The position numbers and the translations under genes were made by a program. DNA of 64,000 nt, from positions 806,001-870,000 of the forward strand of contig CDRNST010000213.1 of the NCBI GenBank assembly GCA_977016875.1. Reading direction: 5' to 3'. The DNA comes from Pavona decussata (lineage: Eukaryota). Below the pieces are notes generated by a model. That model did not search any database and was not told the origin of the DNA. It was given only the letters and a program-made list of their open reading frames with translations. Positions 12,875-26,100 of the stretch are shown here, piece after piece; position 1 is the first letter of the stretch, and each line of letters begins with the position of its first letter.

Positions 12875-15800
12875 CTGTTTAAAGAGAACGAAAATACCTA
12901 AAGTAAAATGTGTGAAGCTTGAAGACATACACAACAACGATGACATCTGCAGTATCAAATAGAGAATAACATGGGAGCTAAAACGGGATTCGACCTCGTT
13001 GCATTTATAATGCATATGCTACATCAACGTAGGTAATGACGCCGTCCCAAGAAAGAGATTATACCCACTGTCGGAAAAAAATAATGTGCACGGAAAATAT
13101 GGAACACAAGGGGAATTACAGTGTAACGAACTTAACCGGGACAACCGAAAAAACCGACACTTTGAAGTTTAAAGAAATGTTCTTGTTTTTGATTGGTTTA
13201 CAAACTACCAAAGCCGGACTCCTTTGTCGTAAACGTGACCTGTGATTGGCTGATCAATGTTGGGTGGCCCCGGTTGAGTTCGTTGCACTGTAATGACAAA
13301 TTTCAGCACAGTCAATTAAAACTAAAGGAAATTGGGGTGTTTGTTGTCCAAGGACAAGGAGTGATGCCTCTTCTAAGTGACTAGAGTAGGTGCTGAGAGC
13401 ACTTTTGTTTTGTTGCGTAAAACTGATAAGAAAAACAAATCGTTTTTTTACATTGTGAAGACTTCGATGTCATGTTATTCGGAGACATAGATAACATCAT
13501 TCCACCCGAATGTTTGTTCCCATTTAACTTTTAATGGACTGCAAGTCTTAGATTTTTTTGGGGATATATTTTAGATACTTGTGGGAAAGCCCTGCGTGCA
13601 TTATTCACAAATAATTGGTCAAATCATTTGGTAAATCATGGTCCGAAATCTTTGGAAATCAGCAGAAAAAATTATAAAAAAGTTGCGGTAGGAGAAAAGA
13701 GTACGGAGGAAGTATCATGCCTAGAAAACGAGCACGACCTCTACAAATAGGACTTTTAAGCACTTTTATGTATAAATTGAAGTTCCAATCGTTTGACCAG
13801 CGCGACCTTTGTATTGACCTAACATCGTTAGTTCACCAGGTTACCAAAAATATTGATCGGGCTTACGTGCGCATTCATATCCGTTGAAGTAATGATGATG
13901 GTCACATAGACAGAATCCTTTGATGCATTTTCCGTGCTGCTTGCACCCTGGCAGACAGGTATCAGCTGTTTAAAAATATAATAAAGGTACTCAGTGTAAC
14001 GGTGACCGGCTGACTGCTATCGAAATGAATGATCTCTATGAAAACTAAGCCCGTGGAAAGGTATAAGGTATATGAAGACGCATTGTAAAACAGCTAATAT
14101 GTTAACACAAAACTACCACATCATCCATCACCCATCACTTTTGGGCATCATTTTTTGGCATCGGTAGAAAAGCGTGGTTACTGTAAGAAAAAAAAGAAAA
14201 ACAATACTTACGGCGGCAGTCGAGTCCATCCCCTGTGTAACCGGGCTTACAAACACATTCTTTGTTGATGCATTTGGCATTGTAATGACATTCTTTACAT
14301 TCAATCCCTTGGGAATCTTCATCTGAAATAGAAACGAGATTACAGTTTGGAGAGAAATCAGGCATTTCGCTTTTAGATACGAGAGACCTTAAATTTTTTC
14401 TCAACCCTTTCACTGTCAGATTTTAATGAAAAATCTCATTTTGAAGCTTAAGCCACAAACGATATTTTGCGACTGTCACTTTGAAGTATCGTAGCCAAAC
14501 TTCCAAAACACTTTGTTCACATTCGAGGCAAGTATCTTAACGTCTTTATTTATGGTATACACAGAAAGTAAAATGTCTGTGCTTGGTGGTTCGAATGGGA
14601 TTCCAGTATACTTCCTTTGTGGGTTTCTTTTGCTTAACTGCTTCAAAAGTGGTCTGCTCTTCCTCTCTTACTGATTTTAACATGTTTTCGTAGATCTTTT
14701 CCCAGTACGTTAGTTTGAAACATCTGATCACGTTGGAAAGGATGATGATGATACAACCATGAGCATTCCCATAGAGTGCGCCTTAAATTGCTCATGAGCA
14801 ATTTGGCAAGAGTGCAACAAGGTACTTGGGATTGTATCACCTTCAAACTTTTTGCTGTAATGAGCAACACAGAATGCCTAGCTCTTAATACAAAAGCATT
14901 ATACTTGTAAGTTTAAAAAATCAGTTGTCTACAATACATAATTCAGATTTATTTAAATGGGGCCAGTCCAAACAAAGCACAGGCCTATATATATACTCAT
15001 AGAGCGCTACAAATAGGGAAGAATTGTAGAATATCCTTGAACAGGAGATACTCTCGCAATAAAACAAGTACAAGTTTAAACTGAACATCAGCACAATAGC
15101 TTTGCATGAATAGTTAAATTTTAATACAGTTACGATAAAACCCTTTCTTTGTAAAATCTTGATTTTGGTTAAGTTCATTTCTCAAACATTATTAAACATA
15201 CCATGCTCAAAAATGTCCATCGGCTAGATTTAGTTTGTATCCTTTTATTTTCACTTTAGTTAGCAAGCGTTATTGTGGTTAGAAATCTGAAACAAAAAAG
15301 GGGTAGTCTCGCTTGTATTGCAAAAAATGGTAAATTGAGCTTAAAAACCTTTTTTTAGAAAAAAACATCTTACTCTCTGCACAAAATGAAAATAAAGAAT
15401 TTCGTTTCAGTTAGCTCTAACTGAACATAACGTTTCGACTTTCGATTTCGACTGTTAACAGAGAAATAATCTTTGAGATTGAGCAGACTTCTTTTGAGAC
15501 TCATAACGTTAACTTAGATAAGTCACAATTTATGTTCAGGCGAAAATTGAAAAAATGATCATTACGCGTAAGATGTCACGATATGCATATTTAAGAATTT
15601 ACAGAATCAATGAAAACAGGTTTTGAATCCACACCGTTTTTCTTGAGAGAAATGTTGCCTGCCATTTAAAGTGGCTCGCTCAGGCTACCCAGTTCTGAAA
15701 GACACCTTCCAAGTACCTGACAACAATTTGATCGCAATAAATAACTTAACATGCCATTAGTTTCTGTAAAAGAGGTTCCTGTTCTCTTCTTAAAAATGAG

Positions 15801-18524
15801 ATTCAATTAGGTATTTACTTGAATAATATTGTTTTTGTCGTACAATGTAAACTGCCGCTTTCCCAGTACCTAGGGGTTAGTTGTTTTTATTTATTGGGTC
15901 AGTTTACCTTGCTCTGTTGTCTTTTTTTTCAAGAAGCGAGCACTTAACACAAAGAATTCGTTTTTGTGGTTTCTGGACCAGTGAAAAGGATTAGTCAAAC
16001 ACAGAACTCTTACTGAAGGAAGAAGATAAATTAGCATAATTAATTTCGAAGAAAGGACTCAGATCATGCATACCTGGCTCGGGACCAGAGAGAGCGGACA
16101 GTATATGGGCCAGCGGTTGATCATCGTTGATTATGCAGACTTTGTCTACGCATCTCGCATTGGGAGGGCATCCTTTACATCCCTTGACTGTGCATGCACA
16201 AAAGAAAACTCAATCACGGCTTCCACTATCCCTCGAAGGCAGATTAATGGTTAATGGTTAAGCTTTTTTATGAAATATTTATATTTTGAAATCTATAATT
16301 TAGCGCGAAATTTATCTCAAGTTATCCGTCGGGCATGTCTCACTTTCCAATACTGAAACAACCCACTAAGCTGATGGCCTGTTAAAATTCATTTATGAGT
16401 TTGTTAGATGATCACCAATAATTCTAAAGGGCGGCTATAATTCAGGCTTCTGATGTTAAATTGAACTGTCAATATTGTTTCGGTCTGGACAAATATGAAT
16501 TAGAACATTGTGTTTTAAATTATTCCTTGCTCGTACAGTCTTTTTTACAGATTTATATTATCTCTTCATTCAATTACCTCCATTATATATGCTCTTCATA
16601 ATCTAACGTGCCCTATTATTCGATTGTATTTAACTGTTGAACTGAGTGTTTTTTAACTTGAAATTTGTAGTTCTGCATTAGCTAGCTCACCTGCTGGTGG
16701 ACCATTCTTGTTTCCAATATTAATGATTTTGTAAGCGTCGTCCTCCATAGGTGGAACGTTCGGTTCGGAACTTTGGTGCTGAAATTGTTGTTGAACAAAG
16801 TTAAGTTCATTTTGACTCTCCGCAGACGTAGCACTTTGCAACTCTTGGTTTCCTTCAAATCCATTTGCCGCGTCATTTACTACCTGGTCATTCGAGGGAG
16901 CATATCCATTGACTTCATTTCCAGTTCCGGTCTGGATAGGATTACCGTTGTCATCTACAACAGAGGTATGATATCCAGTTGGGGAACTTATACTTCCCGC
17001 ACCCATAAAACCATTAGTGCCGCCTTTGGAATCTGGCTCGGGACCAGTGTTAATCGCATTTCCTCCTTCGGTGGCAGAGATAATTCTTTGACCATCTCCT
17101 CTGTCGCCATTGGTTTCCTGTGGTGAAAGAGGTGGTTCTTTGAGCGCTTCCTCGATTGATGAAGCATATTGAACACCAGGCTCAGGACTCTTATCGCCAA
17201 CTTCGTTGGACTGCTCATTCGTGTAACTAAGAGTTCCCTGACCTTGTTGTTCTGGGGCTGTTTGCTGACCCTCTGTACCAAACAAGCCGCCATATGAATT
17301 GGACGAAGTGGTCAGACTTTGTGAATCGTAAGATGTTCCGTCTGATGCTTGTGGTTCGTCTCCTGGCTGCTGTTGTTGTTGTTGTTGGTCTTCTTGCTGC
17401 TGCTGGTATTCCTGTGTTTGGTCTTGCTGCTGCTGAACAATGCCCTGTGATTGCTGCTGGTCAAGTTCTTGTTGCTGTTCTTGTTGAAAACCAGCTTGTT
17501 CAAAACTAGTTTGAGTTGGACCTTGTTCTTGGTCCCCTTGCCGTTGAACGCTCTCTTCCTGTCCTTGACCTGTCTGTTCACTCTGATATTGCAGCTGTCC
17601 ACCTTCAATCATTGGACTTTGCTGCCCTGCTAGTTCGCCTTCTTGGCTGTTTGGTGATGTACTGTCTTGGTCTTGTCCTGGTTCCTGTGGGTGCTGTGTG
17701 TACGCCGCTTGCTGTAACTGAATAGCTTGTTCAAGACTAGAGGGTTGCCCACCCTCACTTTGACCGGTATCTTCGTTATTACTGGTAGCGAAATTTGCCA
17801 CTGACGACTGGCTGTTTACTTGTTGATACGCTGTACCATCTTGAGGCGCTTCGAATTGCATCAAAGAATTACCATCACTTAATGGCTGCTGTTGTTGATC
17901 ATCATTTGACAATTCTTGGTTTGTTCGGTCAGTCTGTGGCGAATAATCTGTATTTGATTCATCTCCTCCAGTCATAATGGACTGGTAGTCGTCAGACTGT
18001 GATTGGAGGGAAGGCAATGATTGGAACAAAGCATATTTCTTGAAAACTTTTTTCTTTTTCTTTGCTGCATTGTCCTTGACTTGTAACTCATTATATCTTT
18101 TTCCTTGGGTCTTGGCATTTGTGAGATTTGATTTTTGAAAAGAAGTTGATTTAGTACCGATGGCTTTACCCCTTGGTCCCTCTTGAGAGAAATGTTTCTT
18201 TGAAATACCACCAACTAAGTCGAGATTGACATGTACCTTTTCCTCCTTCCCAGCGTGTCGATCTCCATACTCAGAGTTAATTGACGATGTTGCTTGTTTC
18301 TTCACCGTAGAACCACTATCTTTTGTCTTGTCGGTTACAATCCTTTCCGGTTTTAAATCCCTTTCTATTACGTTCTCTCTCCTGACAGTACTTAGTCGAG
18401 AGGATTTCCTTGGCTGCTTAACATGACTATTTGCTTGTTTTGTTTCGGCCCTACCAGTTGAATCAACAATGAACTGTAAAACACATAACATGAAAAGCGG
18501 ACCAAAATATCTAAAAACTTTCAT
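10809..18524 (-). CDS. Gene B: secreted ~1407-aa protein with signal peptide, basic pro-region, Gln/Glu/Ser-rich block, half-EGF, 2 EGF-like domains and 11 minicollagen-type Cys-rich domains (candidate cnidocyst structural protein)
   Basis: Exons 18524-16691, 16187-16074, 14322-14212, 13965-13867 and 12874-10809. All introns are GT-AG and phase 1; the total is 4224 nt and in frame. Signal MKVFRYFGPLFMLCVLQFIVDSTG. EGF-like ECKECHYNAKCINKECVCKPGYTGDGLDC and TCLPGCKQHGKCIKGFCLCDHHHYFNGYEC. Confidence 0.85.
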
Positions 18525-19545
18525 ATTTTGACTACATATCTTTTTTTCTGTTATGATAGTAAGACAATAACTCAATTAATAATACAAACAATTGCGCTCG
18601 CGAGCGAGGAATATAGGTAACATGAAAACAATTTGACCGCCAGTGGACCGTGCTTACTTCTCATTAAACAAACGGCAAGTTTAGTTTACAACCTGTTACG
18701 TTCTTCATTAAATAGCTCCTGATTGGACAAGCTAAAGTTTTAAGACAACACAAGCTGGTATTGCTGCCTTGCTCTAGTGCGTACGCACCCAATGTGTAAT
18801 TTCAAAGCGTGAAAAGAGTTTCTAATTCAGTGACTTGCCACAAATTTATATGCTCACAACGAATTACTGCTTCTTCTTCTTCCGATTGTCAGCAAATATT
18901 TACAAACAAATTGGGGAAGCCTTTTTTTCTTTTTCAAACCTAGATTTTTGATGAGCAAAAGCAATGTTTTTGTATTTTATAATGTTCAAGGTAAATATAA
19001 GGAGAGGAAAATAAAAACCTGCAAAATAAGGTAATAGCAGCAAGTAACAGAGCACGCTACGCATATCAAATTTGTGTGAATTTGAACATCAATAGATGCT
19101 TGAGCAACTGAAACCGGAAAGATACCAATTTCGTTTCAACTGACGTTTTTGTAGCTATTATTTTTTTCTTTTCATAACTAGATCTTAAATGAGGAAAAGC
19201 AGCTTTTCTTGTATTTTTTGTAGGGATCGAGATAAAGTATAAGTGAAGGAAAATAACATTTAACCTAAAAACTAAAACAATAGTAGACAAGCAACAGGGT
19301 ACTCTAGATAAATCAGATTTGGGTGAATTTGAATATCAATCGACGCTTGAGCAAGTGGTAGCTGAAACACCATTTTTTCCCTGTTAGACGGGAGGTGGCA
19401 GAGGGGGGTGGGCAGCCTGCATTTTAATATTTTGAACACAGCTCATTGCTCTCATTTGCCATTTGGATTTGGCTGTTTGTGTCATTTTATGAAAATAAAG
19501 CGTCGCTGTGTAGCCACTAGGAGCGTCATGCAAGAAGGTAATACA

Positions 19546-19826
19546 TAGAGGATATTACATGACCGCGCGGAGATACGAAATTTCTCTTCGAGTGTTTCAC
19601 TCGTTCGCTGCGCTCACTCGTGAAATATTTTTCAACACTCGAAGAGAAATTTCGTATCTATAAATAGTAATGAAATACGAAATCAATGCAAAAGGCACGA
19701 TTTATTATGAAACCATAGCAGCGGTGATCTTTTCACGTGTGAAGATAACATGTTATTTTCACGTGTGAAGATATCATGTTTTCGCGCGAAAGCTCACCTG
19801 GTATTTCACTGGTGTTAATATAATAA
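19546..19826. mobile_element. Palindromic non-autonomous element (MITE-like)
   Basis: Internal inverted repeat agatacgaaatttctcttcgagtgtt / aacactcgaagagaaatttcgtatct, plus tandem 'tttcacgtgtgaagata'. Confidence 0.6.
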
Positions 19827-21076
19827 ATTGATTTTACCGTTCTAAACTTTTTGTTAATATGGGATCGAACGTATATAGTTTTCTATCAGAGCTACATCTT
19901 AAATTTCACCCATCGAGACCTTACTTCCGTTTGAAGCTTCAAGCGACTATTTTCAGTTGTCTTGAGATGGCATTTGATCAATAACATGGAGAATTTCATT
20001 CTTTTCAGAAGCCTTTAAAATAAAGACTTGTCCCTTGGTCGTAGTGAGTCTGGAAAGTATTCAGTGGAATTTTTGTCTTCTAAAATATTTATCCAAGTGT
20101 CGATAAATGTCAGCTTTTTGGTCAAGACAACACTGTTCGAGTAGTCGACCCTTGTGTTTCCCACTGTTCGTGCTCCGAATAGTATTTGCTATTCACCTAC
20201 CCGTACTGAACTGGATTTCGCGCGTGAATTTCTCGCTAACCTTTCCAAAAAAAAAAAAAAGTAAAAAAAGGAAAGAATAAACGAATTGGTGCTAGCTACC
20301 CACTCATTAGTATATCAGTACTAAAAGTATTATTCATCTCAGTGTTAATGTTGAATATATAGCTCGTTAATGATGTCCACCACTATCTGATATTGACTAT
20401 AGTTCAGGTAAGTTCAAGCTTTGGAGTGACTTCCTAACTTTCCTTAGTATTATTCAAAAACACCTATTATCTGATATTAGACAATTGGAGTTTTTGGAAA
20501 TTAGAGCTCACGCAATCCAACACTTGAAAAGAGCAGCAAAGGAAATAAATGAATAAGATCTCGAATTGGAATAAATTATTTCAAGTGACAATAACTTTTT
20601 ACAGCTATAACTGATTCCTCGGGAAGTTCAAACTATTTTATGAATAAGGAACTAAAGGAATTCCTGTCAATACCGGCTAACACGAGCAAAATGACTGAAA
20701 GCATTTAACATTCTCTGAATCAAAAGAAAAGAAATAATATAAAAAAATATATACGGAAGTTGAAAATAAATTACACCATCGCATCTCATCCTCGTGTATA
20801 ATTTATTATTCTCTCCCAATAAGAATTCAAAACACTACTGTTCAGTGTTACTAAATAAAAAAACCAAATCCCCCGTTGAGCAGCTCTGAAGCTACAAGAT
20901 TTCTCTTTCTCCTCTGAAAACTTGCAAAAAAGTTCGGTATTCCATTAAAGTAACTCGAGAGCCAAACGTATTGTCCTACTAGTATAATGGTACTTAATTT
21001 AATTCTGTACTCCAAATTGTTTTCAAAATTGACTTTATTCATTGTAAAAAGTACACGATTAGATTAAGATAAACAG

Positions 21077-21412
21077 TTAAGGATTAAAATTAGCGAGAAA
21101 ATACAGCGTTTCGATGTCGCCATGATATCATTTTCAAGTGACAAAACAAAAAATTCTACAGTGTGAGGTGATAAAAACTTAACAATAAGTAACATATTTA
21201 GCATTGTAAGTGTGCGTGCATGGTATATCTAATGTCTGTCCGCGTATAAACTATTTGTTTAGAAATAGCAGACACACACACTTACAATGCTAAATTACTT
21301 ATTGTTGAGTTTTAATCGCCTCCGTTATATATATTAAGTCAGTTTGATATTTTATTTTGTCACTTGAAAGTGCATCGAATCGTTGTGTTTTCTCGCTAAT
21401 TTTTATCCTTAA
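21077..21412. repeat. Inverted pair of ~140-bp repeats (possible inverted Penelope-type termini)
   Basis: ttaaggattaaaattagcgagaaaa...tttagcattgtaagtgtg (21077-21215) is the reverse complement of cacacttacaatgctaaa...ttttctcgctaatttttatccttaa (21277-21412). Confidence 0.75.
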
Positions 21413-21892
21413 ATAAATAAATAAAAAGTATTAATAACTTTTGAAAATTGGATTGGAAACATTGTATCATGATGTTAGTGACATATCAATACGAAGAAAA
21501 GTCAGTTCCAAACACGAGAAGTGGGTTGAAAATTAAAACGAGGCGCAGCTGAGGATTTTAAACCACTTCTCAGACTATCTTCGCAGAACATCAAGAACTC
21601 TTGTAGAATTCCAAAGCAGAAGTTCCCCAGTTTTTTGATAATTTAAAAAATCACAGTGCTCCTACACGGTACTGATTTCCTTTGTTTTCCATTTACGAAT
21701 TGTTAATACTAGAGATTTCTGGTATTATTTTGAATTATTTTTGTTTTCTTTCACCACACAGATTACACACTTCACCTTTTAAATAGTTTTTTTTAACGGC
21801 ACCATAGCTGGACCAGGCCCCTTGCTCAACTATCTTCTTTTAATTTCCACAATTTACCTATGGGATTGCAATTCTTACAAGTATTCCGCACT

Positions 21893-22262
21893 TTAAAGGG
21901 GAAGTATCACGAAAATTTGCTGTCATTTCAAAACCCAAAAATGTTTGACTGTCAGCAGAAACAACGAAATAATTGTCAAGTTTGTTAAAAAATTATCACC
22001 CCAGTGCAATAAAACTGTCGATTAGTGCCTCTAGCCAGAGACAGAGTAGGCCGTTATGGATTGAAACTTGAAAAATATTAGGCTAATGTTTTTCAAGTTC
22101 TCGCATTTTTGTTTCCAAAATGCGCTAGAACAGATCACGAGTTGTTTCTTTCAAGAACTTAGTTGATTTCAGTCCTCTTGTCATTCTAGAATTATTTGGC
22201 TGGTGATTGAAGGTCTTATTTCATCATTTTTAACAAAATATATCAAAACCCCCATGTGACCA
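21893..22262. mobile_element. TTAA-bounded non-autonomous DNA transposon; related copies at ~38250-38498 (inverted) and 62291-62672
   Basis: Begins ttaaaggggaagtatcacg. Shares 'ggattg.aacttgaaaaaat..ggc.aa..ttttcaagtt' with the other copies. The 62291-62672 copy has ttaaAGGTGCAGTGTCAC...GTGACAGTGTCTCTttaa ends. Confidence 0.55.
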
Positions 22263-22800
22263 TTATACGTAAGCATAGTTACACCGTAAAATAACGGAAA
22301 AACACTACTGATAATAAGTCGCGTTAATTATTTACTAGTGACAAAGTCCAAATTTCTGGATATTCCATATTATTTCCACTTTTTGCAATACTCAATTTTA
22401 TTCAAATGAAGCAAGTAGTATTGTAAGGCTTCGTTAAATATTCAGACATGGAATTAGTCTTTGATCAATGTATGAAACTCGACAGCCTGATATAATGAAG
22501 ATCTCTATAGGCTGCTATTGTAATCAGATTCAACCCCAAAACTGTTTTTCAGCTTGTCCTTTTATCACTTCTCCATTCACATATTGGCATGGTATTATTC
22601 TTACTCGTTCACTTTAATAGTTTGGTCAGTTTTCTCTTTAGAAATTTCGTTCTCAAATGCAATTTAACCCCTTCACAAAACTAAATTGTGACTTAAAAAG
22701 GCATGGGCAGGTTTATCTTCATGGAGGTTCAGACTAAAATATGACAGGTAACCTTAATAACAATCTGGAAATTCGTTGATAGAATGATGATGGAACAGAC

Positions 22801-23117
22801 TCAGAGCTTGTATACATCATTGGATAAGGGACCTCCTACACCATCAGCACACTTTTCGGAAGACCCGTATGTTTTGTACGTAGCTTCATCCGCACCGCCG
22901 AAACACTGGCCTCCATTTTGAATGGCAAACACCCGAAAACCAAGTCGCTTCGCCACCTCAGCACATTTGCTGATTGGCTGTTTTCTTTCATGGTAATTTC
23001 CGCCAAGAAGTGGATCTAAGCCTTCCAAGACCATCATTGTTCGCTTGGATGGATCCCTCCACTCAGTCGTGTCAGCCCAGCAGCCGAGGTTACGGTATTC
23101 TGTTACTATGATGTCTT
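22801..23117 (-). CDS. Gene C terminal exon: WSC-like (putative carbohydrate-binding) domain
   Basis: YRNLGCWAD...LEGLDPLL...[25 protein letters not shown]...[25 protein letters not shown] fits the YxGC(W/Y)xD...C...FAxQxGxxC...C...GG...NxVY pattern. The acceptor is a tandem NAGNAG (aagcag). Confidence 0.75.
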
Positions 23118-26100
23118 CTGCTTAGAAGAAAAAATGATTCATATCAATGTAAATGTTGGCATATTTGGTGGCAAACCAAAAATGTTCACACATTCTAGAG
23201 CATTACTTTATTTTTGGTTGGGCCTTGCATTGTTGTTTTCTGGAAGTGCTTAAGACTGAACTTGAACTGTAGTTTGTTAAGAGGTAATAGTAGCCTAAAA
23301 GTGGCATTAGAGTGAAGATACAATATATAAAAAAAAAATGATAATTTACTTACTTTAAATATGTTCAAATGACCACATACATGTACGAGATAATAAATCA
23401 AAGGATAACTTTCCTGAACCAAAAGAATGTTAAGCATTTCCGAATCGTCCTTGTAGGGTCAGGTGCTGTGAATTTGCTTCTAAGGTTTCATAATTTGTTG
23501 TGACGCTAGAGGTCATGTAGCGGTGATACGAATTGCTCCTAGTTATTCTCCTACTTTTACCTGACCACTGCTGTCCTCCTCTTGTAACTGAGCTGTCCTC
23601 AGGAAGAGGAAGTGCAAGCTTCGGTCCATGCTGCGATGCAGGTAAAGCTCGAACTGCTGTCTCGTTCGCTGCCACAGGTGAGAAACAAATGAATAATGAA
23701 AAGTTTATTCACCTGTCGATGATTTTAGCTAAACGGTAAGCTAATTGAGGACACCTATCTACTATAAACCAATCTAAGATACTACAATTATTAACAGTGT
23801 GTAGGAATAGATGTAAAAAATCTAAAATAAATGTGGATTATTCATAAGTTGAAGAATCTAAAAATACTAAAATTATTTACAATGCGTGGGAATAAAAGAA
23901 AGCAAGTATAAAACAAGTGCACAATATTCATCATCATATGATAAGATGCAGAGCTTACAGCAACTCACGATTGTGAGAGTAGCCTTAAACGTTGCCTTGA
24001 CAGTTGGAAATTCGTCAAAGGAGGAAGCTGGCAGGGAAGGGGTAGGGATTGGAAGGAGCCAATATGGGAGGCGGTAAGCCTTGGTTGTAACAATAACCTA
24101 TTTCCTGCTCAGGAGGAGGTGTTATCTTGCAGAGGTTGTTTGAAGTAAAATGTTCCACTGTAACAGTGGTAATTTAGTGGTTTCTAAAAGACGGTTAATA
24201 ATTTTAATTTCGTAGTTGACATTCTTACCTCTAGAGCAAAATATAGTGAATTTGATTTATTTAACATACGCCGGTTTTCTGATTACTGTCCTCAAATGTT
24301 TATATATTGTGAATTATATGAAAGTCGATGTGAAAGTGAGTTGTAAATGTAAAGTAAACGTTTCAGTCACAAAGATGTCACTTACAAGAATTTTAATCAA
24401 GGAGCCATTAAAAATATTTACTTACGAATGCAGGTGCGTCTACCAGCGTTGCCCATGTAATATCCAGGGTTACATACGCAAATATCACCACTGACAACAG
24501 TGGAATACTGGGGACATTTCACTTTGGGTTTTACTGCAAAAGAAAGTCGTAATAAATTCAATAGACAACAGCAGAACTGAGCTTGTTACTCAGTCTGGGT
24601 GTAATACCTTCGATCAAGAATTTCGTAGAGAGCTACCAAAGGGATGTAATTTATTTCACGTTAAACTATAAATTATTTTCTGCAGTGATATCCCTTTATA
24701 TTTTAAATGGAAGTGGACCATGTGAGGGTAATAAAAAATGACACCGCAGTTACCCATGCAAGGAATCAAGAACAAGAAATCTACCAACGAAGCTAAATAC
24801 CTGATTATAGCACAAGCGCGCTTTTGATATGAGATGATAGATAGCTAACGAGGCGTGTAGCACCGAGTTGGGTATAATCATCTCATATCCAGCAAGCGTG
24901 AGTGGAATAATTGTTTTTATCAATCAAGAACTACTGCTAGATCTTGCTGAATTCGCTTTGCAAGAACAACCAAAGGGCAACTAGTGGTTACTATCTCTCA
25001 GGCAAGGAATAAACGGCCCATATACCTTGGCCGCTAAGCCAATCAAACATCTGAAATTGCATTATACAATGATCCAGTTTTTAATAAATATACTTATATT
25101 TTTCAAACCACACCGCGAATTTCACATCTAATTTATCTTCACGAGTTTCTCCCGAATCATGTGAAATATTTCCATTACAATGTTTAGTATTGTTGACGCC
25201 ATGAATCTAGACGTAAATTTGTAACAATTTTGATTAATACTAAGGCGTGGTGATGAATACCTTTCTTGCAAGAAAATCCATCTCCTATATAACCTCTCCG
25301 GCAATAACATTTTCCATTTATGCATCGAGCATGGGAATCACATTCCGCACACATGTCCACTGTAAAGAAAAGACGACAGTGTCATTTACTACCAAAAAGT
25401 AACAAACTTTTGTTTTAGTAATTCAAACAAGGTAATTTTCATATTATTATGTTATGAAAAATCACGAAATATATGATGACGAATACACGGTGAAGGCTTC
25501 GTTCCAGTCACAACTAATATGTATCTGGTCTAACGTAAGCATTGATTTTTAAACGCACTGCACAACATTTAATTTTAGTGATAACGAATTTACGCTGAGA
25601 ATCCATTGCGTGCATTCCAGACAAATATTACCAGCAATTTTGATTACCTTGCGTTACAGGCGAGGAATTCGAGAAGAATCCAAAAGGGCTGTTTCGAAAG
25701 GGTAAATGATTGATTTTAAATGGCTATTTAATTTCTGCTTACCATCACAGAACCTTCCCTTAAACCGAGGATTGGGACAAATGCAGTCAAAATCCTGATT
25801 GACGCCTGTTTCTTTACAAATGCCTCCGTTAAGACATGGGTTGGGATGACACACTACTTTTGGTGGAGCTGCCACGTAACAAAAAAAAAATGAAACATGA
25901 TTAATGAACATAGTAACTTCGCAAAATAGCACAAAATAAACTGTTACTTATCTTGTTAGTTTTTAATCCTTAAAAGTAACAAGTCGCGCAGGAATTTGGA
26001 CAAAAGTTTGTTTTAAACGATTGGTTTTTGTGGTGTTACGATGGCGTAACCCGTTATGGCCTCAGTAGGGAAGGATTAAGGCTTGTAATATCATTTCGTT

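Noticed and set aside
14732-14854. Possible phase 1-1 exon KSLKVIQSQVPCCTL...HHHPFQ in gene B intron 2
   Set aside because: Weak donor (gtgatc) and no similarity to the other modules; left out pending RNA data.
10946-18426. Many short overlapping ORFs on both strands within the large exons of gene B (likewise within gene D and the GPCR)
   Set aside because: Shadow frames of the real CDS.
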